Assembly: GCA_964057225.1 (NCBI GenBank)
Contig: OZ059899.1
Location: 13,392,001-13,456,000, forward strand
DNA: 64,000 nt
Source of the DNA: Auanema rhodensis
Taxonomy: Eukaryota; Animalia; Nematoda
Direction: 5' to 3'
Positions 13,732 through 26,616 of this stretch are shown here, in pieces; the first letter of the stretch is position 1; each line of letters begins with the position of its first letter. The position numbers and the translations under genes were made by a program. Below the pieces are notes generated by a model that was given only the letters and a program-made list of their open reading frames with translations, had not been told where the DNA came from and did no database searches.

Positions 13732-14400
13732 CTGGTTCGCAGTCAAGCTTGGTACTGATGGATGAAAGCGAATTCTTAGAAAATTTAGAAATCTGCAAAT
13801 ATTTTTATGTATAAGAGTTTTTATAATAGAGATAAGTATATATGTTTATTTTAACAACAAAAACGTTTTCATATGACTGTTGAACAATGATAAACAGAGA
13901 TTAATAATAAACAAACCATTTTCTTCATTTTTGTTGACCAAATTTGAGGCATATTTGAGTTTTTCTGGTTTTTTCCGAGTGTATCAGTTAAAACTAAACG
14001 ATGATAAGCAGAATGCAAAGAAAAGTCAGCACAATTCTACCGGGTAGGAGAAATCTGAAGGAAATATTTGAAATATGAAATGTAGCATGCCCGAATTTTA
14101 ATCTTGATCACATACATATAATAATGTCTATATTCATAGTCATCAACATGAACAGGATCAAATCATCCTCTAGACACCCCTTATTCTGATAGTCTCTTAC
14201 CGGCTTATTCATTTTCCTTTTTTCCATTTGGTCAATCAAGAATAACCTGAAATATAATTAAAGCTTTATTATATGTATATTTGCTATTAAGACCTGGTTT
14301 CAATTCAGCAGATAAATACATAATTGCTGTTCAGAAGAAGCTCAGCGGATAAGGAACAACCGCTCGATGCACAATTCAAATTCAAAATAATGCCCAAAAT
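13732..14400 (-). other. Spliced non-coding exons (probable distal SPOP 5' leader, or a lncRNA)
   Basis: Consecutive donor/acceptor pairs on the minus strand: introns at about 14293-14247, 14200-14055 and 13916-13793, plus a donor CAG|GTATG at 13731. Only short ORFs after splicing. Confidence 0.5.
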
Positions 14401-15220
14401 TACAAACACGTTGGAAAAAACACAAAAAAAGCTTTTTGTGCAGTGTGCAGTGGCACTTTTTTGTTAAAATTTGGCTACGCGTCATATAAACTACAAAATG
14501 TTTCATATAGTTTAATTATTTATAATTATTAATTTCTTTCACTAATAATCCGTATTTGATGATAGCATTTGGAAATTCGTATTTTTTTCGCGCATCCATA
14601 TAATGAGTAATGGTATTTAGCGACACAATGTTGATATTTCAAAAGAACAGGATCAAGGACATCCAACTCTTTTTCTTATTCTTTTATTCAGAAATCAGCC
14701 GACCCTCCCATAACCTTTCCCCCCTTCTTTAAGTTGGACATGAAGAATCAGCGAATGCCTTCTTTGTATATGACAGATGATGAGTAAATCTCGCGACAAT
14801 CAGCATGCTATATAAAACAGGTTTAAATGAATATATGAACCATACGTAACATCATCGTATGTTTTGAGTGATGCCGTTGTCACATTCTATTGTTTTCTAT
14901 TATAAAAAATGCAACTTTTTTAGGTTTCATCATGTTTGAGCAAGTTATCGTCTTATTCTGTTTGCCTTAAAGTCATAAGTTAGATATATTTTTGTAGACA
15001 TAAACTCATATGATTTCGGAAAATTTATAAAAACACGCTGACATTATAATATTTATTTTTAGTAAATAATAACGAAAATAGTATTGCTTATATAGCAAAA
15101 AAACACGTCGATGTTGCTTAAAGACTCATGTTATGATAAAATTTAAGTGCTGCATTAACAAAATGTGAATATTTCTGATTTGTTTTCTACAGATAAGTTT
15201 CCAGATGTTGAAATAAATAC

Positions 15221-18200
15221 TTATGAATCAGATATTACCCAATCATATGCATTTCTAAACATTTGTATCCATGGTGAAACAGAGATTTCATTGTTTTCAG
15301 TTTTTGGTTGGAATGAAGGATCCGTAGGATATGATGGCCATTGCCATGATATGAAAGCTCTATAAATTTGAAATATTTCATAGTATTTCATTTTTTTTGC
15401 TTTACGAACCTGTCAGAGTGAGGCATTATTGCCAGATGACGTCCGTCTTCACTACACATTCCAGCTATACCATCAATCTATAAAAACACATTTTAAAAAT
15501 AATATAGATGCGAAAAGCACTAACAGATCCATTAGGATTCCAAGGATATTGTTCAGTTGGATGTCCTTCTGCATTTACATATCTTATAGATACTGACGGC
15601 TTTAGATATTGATAAGCATCATCTGATTTGAAAGTAAAGCGACCTAAAATGGTGAAGATGCATGTTTGCTTAATAGCTTGACAATTATATGAATTACCTT
15701 CGCCATGTGAAGACCATAAGCCTAAGATGGAACCATGCATCCCCTTCAGCATGATGGACGGCGATTCTTCAATGCGGACAGGCCCAAAGTAGGACTCGAA
15801 ACGTCCACAGCTGTTTTCGTTCAAGAATACACTTGACTCATTTTCTACAAAAAAAGTTCCGCAAATTAAATAGTAATAATACGAAAAAGCAATTAAGTTG
15901 TCGATAATTGCTGAGAAATACAATAAAAAAAACAGCTTTGTACCATATTGTCCGATCCATCCTAGTTGAGCCATTAGTTGACATCCATTACAGACACCGA
16001 ATGAAAATGTATCATTTCGTGAATAGAACTGTTTGAATTCATCAGCCACTAATTCATGAAATTTAATAGTTGCTGCCCAACCTGAAAAGAAGTATTCCCA
16101 ATCATTCATTTGGCCATTTTCGGCTGTACCTCGAGCAGAACCAAACACATCGCCATATGAGAATCCCCCCACAAATGCTATTCCTCTGTAAGCTGACAGG
16201 GAATGTCCGTCAATTAAATCGGTCATTGTTACATCAAATGTCTTAAACATGAATTATTTGTGATTATATCTCTCATTTTCTGATATACTTGAAAGCCTGC
16301 CAAAGCAAAAGCTGCTGCCATTTCTCGATCTCCATTTGATCCTTCTTCTCGAATTATAGCCATTTTTGGGGCTAAAACACCAATAAATCAAATATTATGA
16401 AATATGAATATATATGTTTTTACCACTTGCAAAGTAATCTGCATTATTAAGTATATGACTAGGCTGATCAAACTCAAAATTACAAACATATTTGATCAAG
16501 CTTGTGCTCGAGCGAGCCTGTAACAAAATGAATTAAATTATGAAATTTCTAGAAAGGATTTTTATTACTTCCTTTTCCTCATCAAGACATTTTTTTGTAG
16601 TTTGTAATAAGCCCAACTGATAACTTGTATCTTCCCATATTTCACGAAGAACAGTTAATGATTCATTCACTATGGCTTCCTCATTATATGCTATTTTGAC
16701 CTAAAAACATATGCTTATGATTATATAGTCATAATCTGAATAGCATACGATGGCATTAGGGCCATATACTTCTTCAGTAGTTCCTATGATAATGGGTGAA
16801 GCTCCAGCATATTCCAAACATCTTAATGATTGATCAAGATTCTCTGACTTAACAGCCAAAATAACTCCAGCTTCTTCCGAAAACCAAAAGCTCAAAGCTT
16901 CTGTGATATTGATTAATCATAATATTCAATTATATAAAACTACTAATACCTGCTTCATTATTTACATTTGATATCAGAGTTGTATTACTTGAAAAAGCTA
17001 TTTCCAGTAAACTTGTGATAATACCACCATCTGATACATCATGGCCTGAAATTTCGTAATTGCAATAACAATCAGGAACTTGAATTCAAAGCCTTATCAC
17101 GGCATTAATTCTTTCAATTTCAATTACATAAGCTGCTATATCATGTGGTTTTAGATTGAATATATGTATATAATAAGGAAATATTCTTGATAAACATACC
17201 ACACCATTTAATCTTCAAAGAAAAATCAAATATTTACCTGCTAATATAATTCCATCTTTAATCATTTGCTGAATGGTCTCAAAAATTTTCGCAAATAAGA
17301 CGAAATCTCCAACATCAGGGCACTCATTTCCAATCTAAATTATAATATTAATATTAATATATTTATATTAAGAAATTGTCAATTACTTGCTTAAAGCATT
17401 GGGCTAAGGCTGAGCCTCCTAAACGGCTTTTATGAACTTTATTTCCCATTCCAACATAAATCAATGTACTTGCAACATTGACCACAGGAGTAATGGTCTT
17501 TGTAATATCTGTACATCCCACATAAGCTGATACAACTATGGTGCCAGGAGCCTAAATATAGTTTGAAATTGTCATCATTCATTCTTCATTCTAAAATCTT
17601 TCTGTATACCTTAACTAAATCATCTCCAACGCGTGCAGCCATACTCAGAGAATCTTTACCTCCATCAATAGCGCATCCTATTTCTTTCAGAGCCTATAAT
17701 TAAGTTTGTTTTTTCATTTTTCAATATAGTTGATCATACTGAACATAATGCTGTACATGCTCGAACAAGCCGAGCGCCTTCCCCTTCACATTTCGCAGCC
17801 CACATCCAATTTCCAGACATTTTTATATCCTTAATATTGTATATACATAGATATCCGGCATATAAATTTGTGAAACCTTTATGCTCGTAATTGGAGCAAA
17901 AACAAGATTTGTTAAGCATTCTGCTAATGTCATACGAGCTCCGGCTTCTGGATTGACCAAGCCTTTAATAGGCTGCTCACCAACTGAAACAGCAGCCCCA
18001 ACCTGGAATAATGAATTCGAAGAAGATATTTTCAATAGATTATTAAATATGCTATCTAAAAATTTTTTTCTTTCTAATTCTTATTATTAACTATGTGAAT
18101 ATACATTTATTCTCATTTATTACATAAATACAAATCTTTCATTTCTAAAATTTCCCTCATAAAAATATTTTCAAAAATATCTTCAAGTATCTTGACATAA

Positions 18201-21200
18201 AACAAAGCTGTCAGCAGCTTTAGTCGATATATGAAGGAATCCCCCCTATATTAGCCTTTTGCATTGGCCACCCTGACCATACATGCTGATATCTCGAGGG
18301 AGTTTCAAACCCCCCAGGGTATTGCCAGGAGTGTCGGCTCGATGAAGAGTGATGACAGAGTGGCAACATTTAGGAGCAAAATCAAATATAAAAATAAGAA
18401 TCGATGATATTCAATGTCAGTGCCTTTCCATATGTTTTTCTTTGATGAGCATGCTATTCATTTTCTGAGAAAAAATCCTAAAAAAAAAGAAGAAAAAAGA
18501 TGAAGATGAGAACGTCAAGTACTACTTTAGTCCAAGTCCATTTAGAAAGGCTTGTATATTCAGATTTAAACTCTACTGCAATGCAAATAAATACAAGGAA
18601 ACAAGGACTATCTATATGATATATGTATATTTTCATATAGTTAAATTTACGAAAAAGAATTTATGCATGATTGATGTTAACAACTATAGAATGATAAGAG
18701 ATATATGAATATGTTTATATAGATATAGATAGATATATCAAAATAGTTATTGTTTTCAGTTGTTTTGAGTCAAAACAATATTTTTCCGGACAAGTTGACT
18801 TGTAGAATCTAGTTTTCCTCTCATCATCAACATCATCATCATCATCATATCATCGAGCCATCTAATCAAAGTTCCAAAAAGATGTATCACAATCGTATTC
18901 TTTTAACTTTTTTCCTTGAAAACGTCTCTTATGTATTTACAAGTTTGTTGGAAAATAAACTCAAAATATCTGGAAAATACTAAATTTTATTGGAAAATAT
19001 TGGTTCAAACTCTTAAATAGCGAGAACTACAACTTCAACTTATATACCAACATCTCACAAATATCAGCAGTTCAATGTCCCAAAGGATTTCTCAACTGAT
19101 CGCAAAATGAAGAGTCTGGCTCGCATTGACAATGTCGATAATGACGAGCATTTGGAGATATTAAAATTTTGATTGCATCATCATCTTTGTCATTTTCTTC
19201 CTTCTTTTTCTTCCATTTTGAGCACAATAAGTTTGCGACAAAGTTTATTTGTTATGTATTTCTTTTGAAATTTTAATATAAAATATTGAAATATATAATA
19301 TAATAAAGAAAAAAAAAACAATAAATATTATAATATGATATTCATTAGTAAGATTACAAAACCTCAATTTAATTTTTTGTTTCAAATGTATCGAAAATAG
19401 CTGAAAACCCGTATCTACAAATGCGAATAAAATGTGAAACACAATGCAACTTTTTGAGAAAATGGGAGAAATATGAATTAAATTGAAAGAAAAAATCAAA
19501 ATAACGAATATCAAATACTCTTTGTTTCATAGAAACTATATCATTCTTCTGAATTCATGGAGAATCATATCATAAGCGCACCGGAAGTTCATCATCTTCA
19601 GCAACATGAAGATCTAATCGTTTGTAGAAATGCCATAATCGTGGCACATATCGTTTCCATATTACCAAACTGAGTAAGAATGAGCAAATGACTATGATGG
19701 CAAATGCTACAGTGCTGACAAGCATTGGCACAAAGGTCCGCTGTTGATAGTAATCACATGGCTTGACCGATGCTAGATATGGTAAGAGCGGATATTGCCA
19801 GCTGGCAGAATAGCAGAAATATAAATCAGGATTAGCTATCTCTGACTGATTCATGAGATGATCGACCACATCAAATAGACTGCAATCGCACCGTAGTGGA
19901 TTACCGTCAACACGCAAATCAGCTAATGACTTGAGATGCGAGAAATTGCTCGTAAAATGAATACGGTTATCGCCTAGATCAAGGGTGTAGACGGATTGAG
20001 GTAAATCAGTAGCATCAACATTCAGAATACGATTGCCACGTAGATAGAGAGATCGCAATGATGAGAGATGACTAAGAGGCAGACTTCTGCTCAAAGCACA
20101 GTTCGATAAGTCAAGTTCTATCAATCCAGTTAGCTCATCAAGATGATCAGACCAGCAATCTGTTTCACATCGAGCAAATAGCAGAGCATTGTTAGCCAAA
20201 CGTAGATGTTGTAGTTGAGGAAGACCTTGAATACAATGAATTAGCCGACATCACGAAAGATTCACAAAACAATGATTAGAGAGATCTAGACAGTTCAAAT
20301 TGAATTCACAGGTTAAAACGTGAACGGAATTTAACATATGCAACCGGTTCTCATACAGTTGAGGAAATAAATAAAACGTTTCCCGCTCACGTTCCACACG
20401 TGAAATTCAAATTTTGTTTGTAAAAAAAATGGAATTTTCAATCAATTTTGTCTACATCTATCTAAGAAACTTTGAATAAGAACAAACCAGCAAATAGTAC
20501 AGGATCAATTGTTACTAATGCATTACTTGACGCATCTAACATTAAAAGTGAAGGTAAAACTGGATGAGGTAATACTGATAGCTGATTATAAGATAAGTCC
20601 AAAGATATCAGTTGTAGTCCAACACTTGGAAAAGCTAGTTTATCAACCTGAATGAATAATGCAATGATAATGTGTCCGTTAGCTTAAGAACTAACGAACC
20701 TCTGACAGTTGATTATGTGATAAATCTAAATGTTGCAAAGATGGCAAATGACTTAATGTATCAGCTGCTAATGATGTCAATAGATTATTCGATATTGATA
20801 ACGTATGAAGATGCTCGAGTGAAATGCCCGGCGGTGGTTGTGGAAAAGCTGTCAGAAGGTTACGATCCAAATGAACGATTTCCAAGCCGATTGCCTAGAA
20901 TATACATTCTCCATTGCGACATGCTTATTTGCTTTTCATCTAAGTTTTTCTCAAACTATACACTTGAAACATACTCGAATTTGTGTAGTTTCCACCAAAT
21001 TATCAGTTGCAAATAACACTTTCAATGGACAATCTGTATCCAAATTGATTCGTTTGATTTTCATTCCAGAAATATCCATTGTCGTCAGATGCTCACCACA
21101 ATTCATCCAATCATCATCAGCCTTAGAGAAGTAGTTTTAGACTTTTGCTTCACGAGAACAATAGCAGAACAAATGCCTCCGTTTAACATATAATATTATA

Positions 21201-24200
21201 TATTTAACCCACTCCCCCCCTTCCCTTCCGCAGCATTAGACTTCACATAGCTCAAAATTTCCAATTATATTAACTATTCTAATAAAACAAAAATAAATAA
21301 AAAAACATTAATTTAGAAGCTAAATAATCCATGGAAATTTATAGTTTTCTTTAGTCTTCAGGAATACTAAATGATCCAAAAAAAATATATACATAGCCTG
21401 GCTAATGTAAGCTCATGTTTTTCTAATTTTCTCTTTTCATTCATTGGAATACACTTTCACTTCTAGTAAAATATATGAACTATGTTCTTTCTGTTATAGT
21501 AATAATAATAAAAAAAAATTTTTTTATAGCATGATCACAAGCCTTTTTATTTGTTTTCGAACTTTAATAATCTCATTAATTATTACATTAAGAATATCTT
21601 CGCTCGTCTCCCCTCCCCCTCACTCCCTGCAATCGAAAGAGATATTCCTTTCTTGATGTTCTTCGGCAACATCTTTGTCATCCATCTATAGTTTACAAAA
21701 AGCTGAAAGTAGGTCCGCCAGCTGCAAATCCGCTTTATAGGCCGAGTTTGCATGTGGGATGACCAAAATTTGATTATACCTCGACAGGAATTCAGCAATC
21801 TACCGTGTAAATAAGAACACAAACTGAACAACATATCGAAATAGTGAAAGCAAGAAAAACTGAAGCAGTTTCTTTGACTACTTCAGCAATTTTTTCCGTT
21901 TTCTCTCTCTCTTCATATTCATAATAATAGAAAGAAGATACAAGAAAATATAATGTCTTATTGTGAGATACGATTGAATTGAAAAATACAAAAAGAAAAT
22001 ATATTTTTCTTATATCCTAAGCTTTTGAGGAAGTAAAATCTTTAAATATACATAAGTAAATATAGAATAAAGACTTGTTATATGACCTTTTCTTCAACTA
22101 TATTTCAACAAAATTCTTATATTATACACGCATATATGTCCACAAATAGAAGAAGTTCAAGCATCTTGAATAGCATTAAACGAACTCTCAATTGATTTTT
22201 CATTTTTTTTTCTTGTTCGCAACGTTATAAAGAACAAATCCAACTAAGAGCTATATCTAATTTAGATCGTATTCAAATAAACCCGAATCATCAGAATCCG
22301 ATGAATGACTCATTGGCTATTCTCCATTTCCATCTGTTCTTCCTCAAGCATCAACTCCATGTCGCATAGCATTTCTCATCTCTCGTTCTCATCACAATAT
22401 GAAGCTCAACCCTTGCCTACACACTCTTTTCTCTTCATCACTGCTTCTTTTCCTTATTTTTCTCTTTTTTAATTTTTTCTATCTAATCCGACCCTGCGAA
22501 TTGGAAATTGAGTATGTGAAATGAAATACGGCAAAATTTCTAGGAAGATCGACTCACCAGAGGAATATCAGCATGAGAGATGTTCAGATTTATGACTCGG
22601 CTTCGTTGCTCGAGCCATGCTGGAAAGCTGGGTGGTAGAGATGTACGCGAAAGATCCAAGTAGGTTACATTCTCAAGCAGGCTCAAGCCCGAATCATCAA
22701 TTTGCAAATCAGGATTTTGAGATAATACTACAGTTGACATGCGGCTAACATCTTGTGCATCTAGTAGAAGTGACCGACAGTCTTCATTATATGGACAAGC
22801 CGTTGATTCCTGAATCAGTCAAAAACGAAAATGCATCTGTTTATGGTTTAGTCTATACCCGGAACATGATGAGTGTGCTGTTGAGTAGTACTAAATTTGT
22901 ATCTGACAAGAACAACTGTCGAACTGGTGGTAGCATGGTTGAGCGCATTGCTATTGCCAATGGATTTCGGCTTAAATCCAAGCGTTCAAGCTGAACTCCA
23001 TCAGCTAATATCCACGAAAGCTGACTCAAATCACGTATCCGATTTCCTTAAGAACAACTATGAGCAATAATTGCAAAAAGTACAAGACAACAACTAAGAT
23101 TAAAGATTTGTTTCAAGCTTTTGCCTAATTCTTGCTACACTATATCTGCTTATATACACAAAAGTTCTTTTTTTTCTCTTCTTCTTGGTTCTTCTTCCCA
23201 GAATGCCTTGCTAATGTTTTTACTAAATAAGCAAACAAAGTCTCAGCAGACTCATTTCAGGCACACGGCTTAAACGTAGCCGTAAGCTTAGCACAAAATG
23301 ACTTAGATACTGGATACACGAAGAAATAGACGGGAAAATAACAAAAAAGAGAGGGAGAGGCATACAGAGATAGAGCTTCTGAATTAAGAAGCAATTGTTG
23401 AAGCTAGTGGTTGAAGATGATTCTCAGTTTATGTGTTGAACCCGAAGCGTCATTCTCAACGTCTCATCATCAACAACAACACCAGCATCAACATTATCTC
23501 TTCATTATGAAGCCATTGAAGACACATAAACTTAGGGTTGTATCTAATCCTCTTCTTGTTTAGTATGTTTCGTTCATTGACCATCATTCTTCTAATACAG
23601 CCAAGGAAGTTATGACATATAAGCTTTACTGATGGTTATGATTGAAAAAGTGCTACAACATGCTTAACATCTAACAGCTCATAACAACATCATCAGTCTC
23701 ACAATGTTTGTCAAACTCCATAGAGAATGTGACATATAGCAAAGCAAGTAGTCAAGTCAAATATTGGAGAAAAATGAAAATGTAAAAGCTTCTATAACTA
23801 ACCTGCTAAGTTGATAACTTTTAAATGCTTCAGGGAACGTAATAGAGTTGGAGGTAGAACTTCGATCTTGTTGTCAGATATATCAAGTTCTTGCAATCCG
23901 GGGACTGGTAACAAGGAATGTGGTGTTAGATCTTGCAGACCACAGCGATTGATACGTAAAGATCGCAGCTTCTGATGGAATAGAATATGAGGCATATGTG
24001 GAAGTCGTAAATCGAGTAGTTGAAGCTTCTCCACGTAAGGAAGAAGACTGATTGTGCGGACGAGCAGTGTGGGACTAGAGCATGTTACACTACTACTTCC
24101 TATATCACAGGTACAGTGAGAGCAAAGCTCTGCTTCTACCATTCCGTACATCGTAATCAAGCATAGCAGCTTGCCCAAACTCATAAGCTTTGCCATAATG

Positions 24201-26532
24201 AGTGAATGGTTATTGGAGCGGAACACAAATACCTCAAGAATTTATTTTGATAGATTTGTATTAATGAATAAGGTAATCGGAAATACAACAGTAGATTCTG
24301 AAGTGGAAACAAACGATATTCACGATAGAATTGCAAATACCTAATGATTACTTCAGACAAAATGCTCGAATATTGCCGTTAGCGCTGAGTCAATGTAGAC
24401 GACGTGAAGCGCTAACCGTCGAGCAATCGTCAAAACAGCGGCTATGATTCCAAAATGGAATAGTTCACTGCCGAACAAAGCGAGATGAGAGACGAATAAA
24501 CCGGGAGGGGCAAGAACGGAAATCGGGCTCTCACACAATCAGCGGCACATTCAGTAGCCAACACAACAAGCCACGCCTACTTTGTTGGCGGAGCAGAGAA
24601 AGAAGAGGAACAAGAAGACGATGACAACGATGATGGCATCTGCTTAGAAGTCAATGCCAACAACACTGAACCCTCGTCAGTTGACCAGTCAACTACAAGC
24701 CAAAAGACCCAACTCACTTGGAAATACATAAAAGATTAATTGCTTGTCATTTGAAGCCATTAAAGTTTCAAATCTGTTTTTACAGAATATTTAGATGCGC
24801 ATATGAATTCAGACTTGAATTGCATCCGCAGATTCTGCTTCAGCATTCCGTTTAGTATTGAAGCAGCTTGCAAGTATTCGAAACAGTTACAAGGCTCGTA
24901 TACAAGATGTAGGCCAAAAGGCTCCATCCTGAATTTAATTTTGTGGAAATGGCTGGACGGAAAACCAAAACAGATTTTGTGTTTCCAATTTTTAGATTCG
25001 GCAGCATGACTATGACATACGAGTTGAATGACTCAAAATCAAATTATTGCCGAAGCAGCTTTATCTAGAAAAATCTTAAGAAAAGGGAAGGAAAAAGAGA
25101 TGCGTATGAGTAAAGGAATAAAGAAAGAGAGAAAGAGAGAAAGAGAGAAAGAGAGACAAAGTTGTATGAACTGACCCCCGATGAGTAAGAGACATGTAAA
25201 ATACATTGCAAGGAAACGGAAAAGAATAAGCAAAAGACATTATAACAATGTAACCAAACGTAGACAATGAAATAAAAATTAGAAAAAGCTGACGTTAGAT
25301 ACAATCAGTCTACTTGAATTGACTGTGACATGAAGATTATACGAATCTATGAATATCAGAAACTTAATTATATTAGATATAAACCAAACGTTATACAGAA
25401 ATATATATATAACATATAGAACTTGAAAGGATATATATATATATTAGAAAGGTAAGTTTAAAAAAAACTTTTTTTAAGGAAATTTCTTTAATTCTTTAGA
25501 TTCAAATGCTTTTCCTCCTTAAATTCAATTTTCACATTACTTTCACGAATGTGTAGAAACAATAAGGGCACATTTTTCTGCACAGTCAGGAAACTTGGAA
25601 GTCAAAATGAATTTGAATAGACGTACAAGAAAGTCAATCAAATATCTTGGAAACCAAAAACAATAAAGGAAGAACGAAATTTCGAAAGAAAAATGTTTGC
25701 AACGTTAAAGCGTTAAACATTAAGCTTAAACTTGTTTATATCAATGTCAGAAGAAAATTCATTTATTTGATTATTCTTTAGATCACAATATGTTTTTCAT
25801 TTAATTTCAAAATTTAAATAAAATAAATGAATGAATGAGGAATATGTAAATAAGAATAGAATATTTATACATTCATTTCAGAAGGATCGTATAGTATAGT
25901 ATAGTATCGAATAGTATAGAAGTCCAATTAATTATAATATAATTATATATAATAATTATAATAATTTTATTTATTATTTATTAATTTGTAAAATTTATTT
26001 TATTTATTTAATTATTTGTTTTATCATACATATAGATAGATAAATATATTTCAATGATGTTTCTTCATTATTATTATTTTTATTTATTATATTTAAGCAA
26101 TTTCCGTACATTACAAATGAAATAACTTATTTCCTTCTAAGCTGCAACGAAAATAAAAATTATTTTCTATTTTAGAAGTGTCAGCGGAATATGGAACTCG
26201 AAACACAAAGCCATATCCCTATTTGACTAAGTTCATATTCAGTGTAATGATTTCCGGATTTTAGCTCTTCGCATTTCAGCTTTTTAATCAATTTTTTCTT
26301 TTTTTTCTTTTTTGTTTATAATTTGAAAATTATAAAAAAATATATTAAACATATTATAGATAACATTTTAAATAAACTAACTTTACTAAAGTGTGATAAT
26401 GCCACAACAGATACATCAGCGACAGGAGTATGCAACGGTCCGACACATTGTTGTTGAGCTATTAAGCCAGTTACTGAACGATCAACTTTGCATGTCAGAT
26501 ATCTGAAATAATATATAATTTATATCAATAAT

Positions 26533-26616
<84 letters not shown>

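Noticed and set aside
21654-21673. cUUCGg hairpin in an LRR gene intron
   Set aside because: A single short stem on the antisense strand; expected by chance.
25039-25304. Overlapping Leu/Ser/Phe-rich ORFs
   Set aside because: Translation of GA/CT low-complexity sequence.
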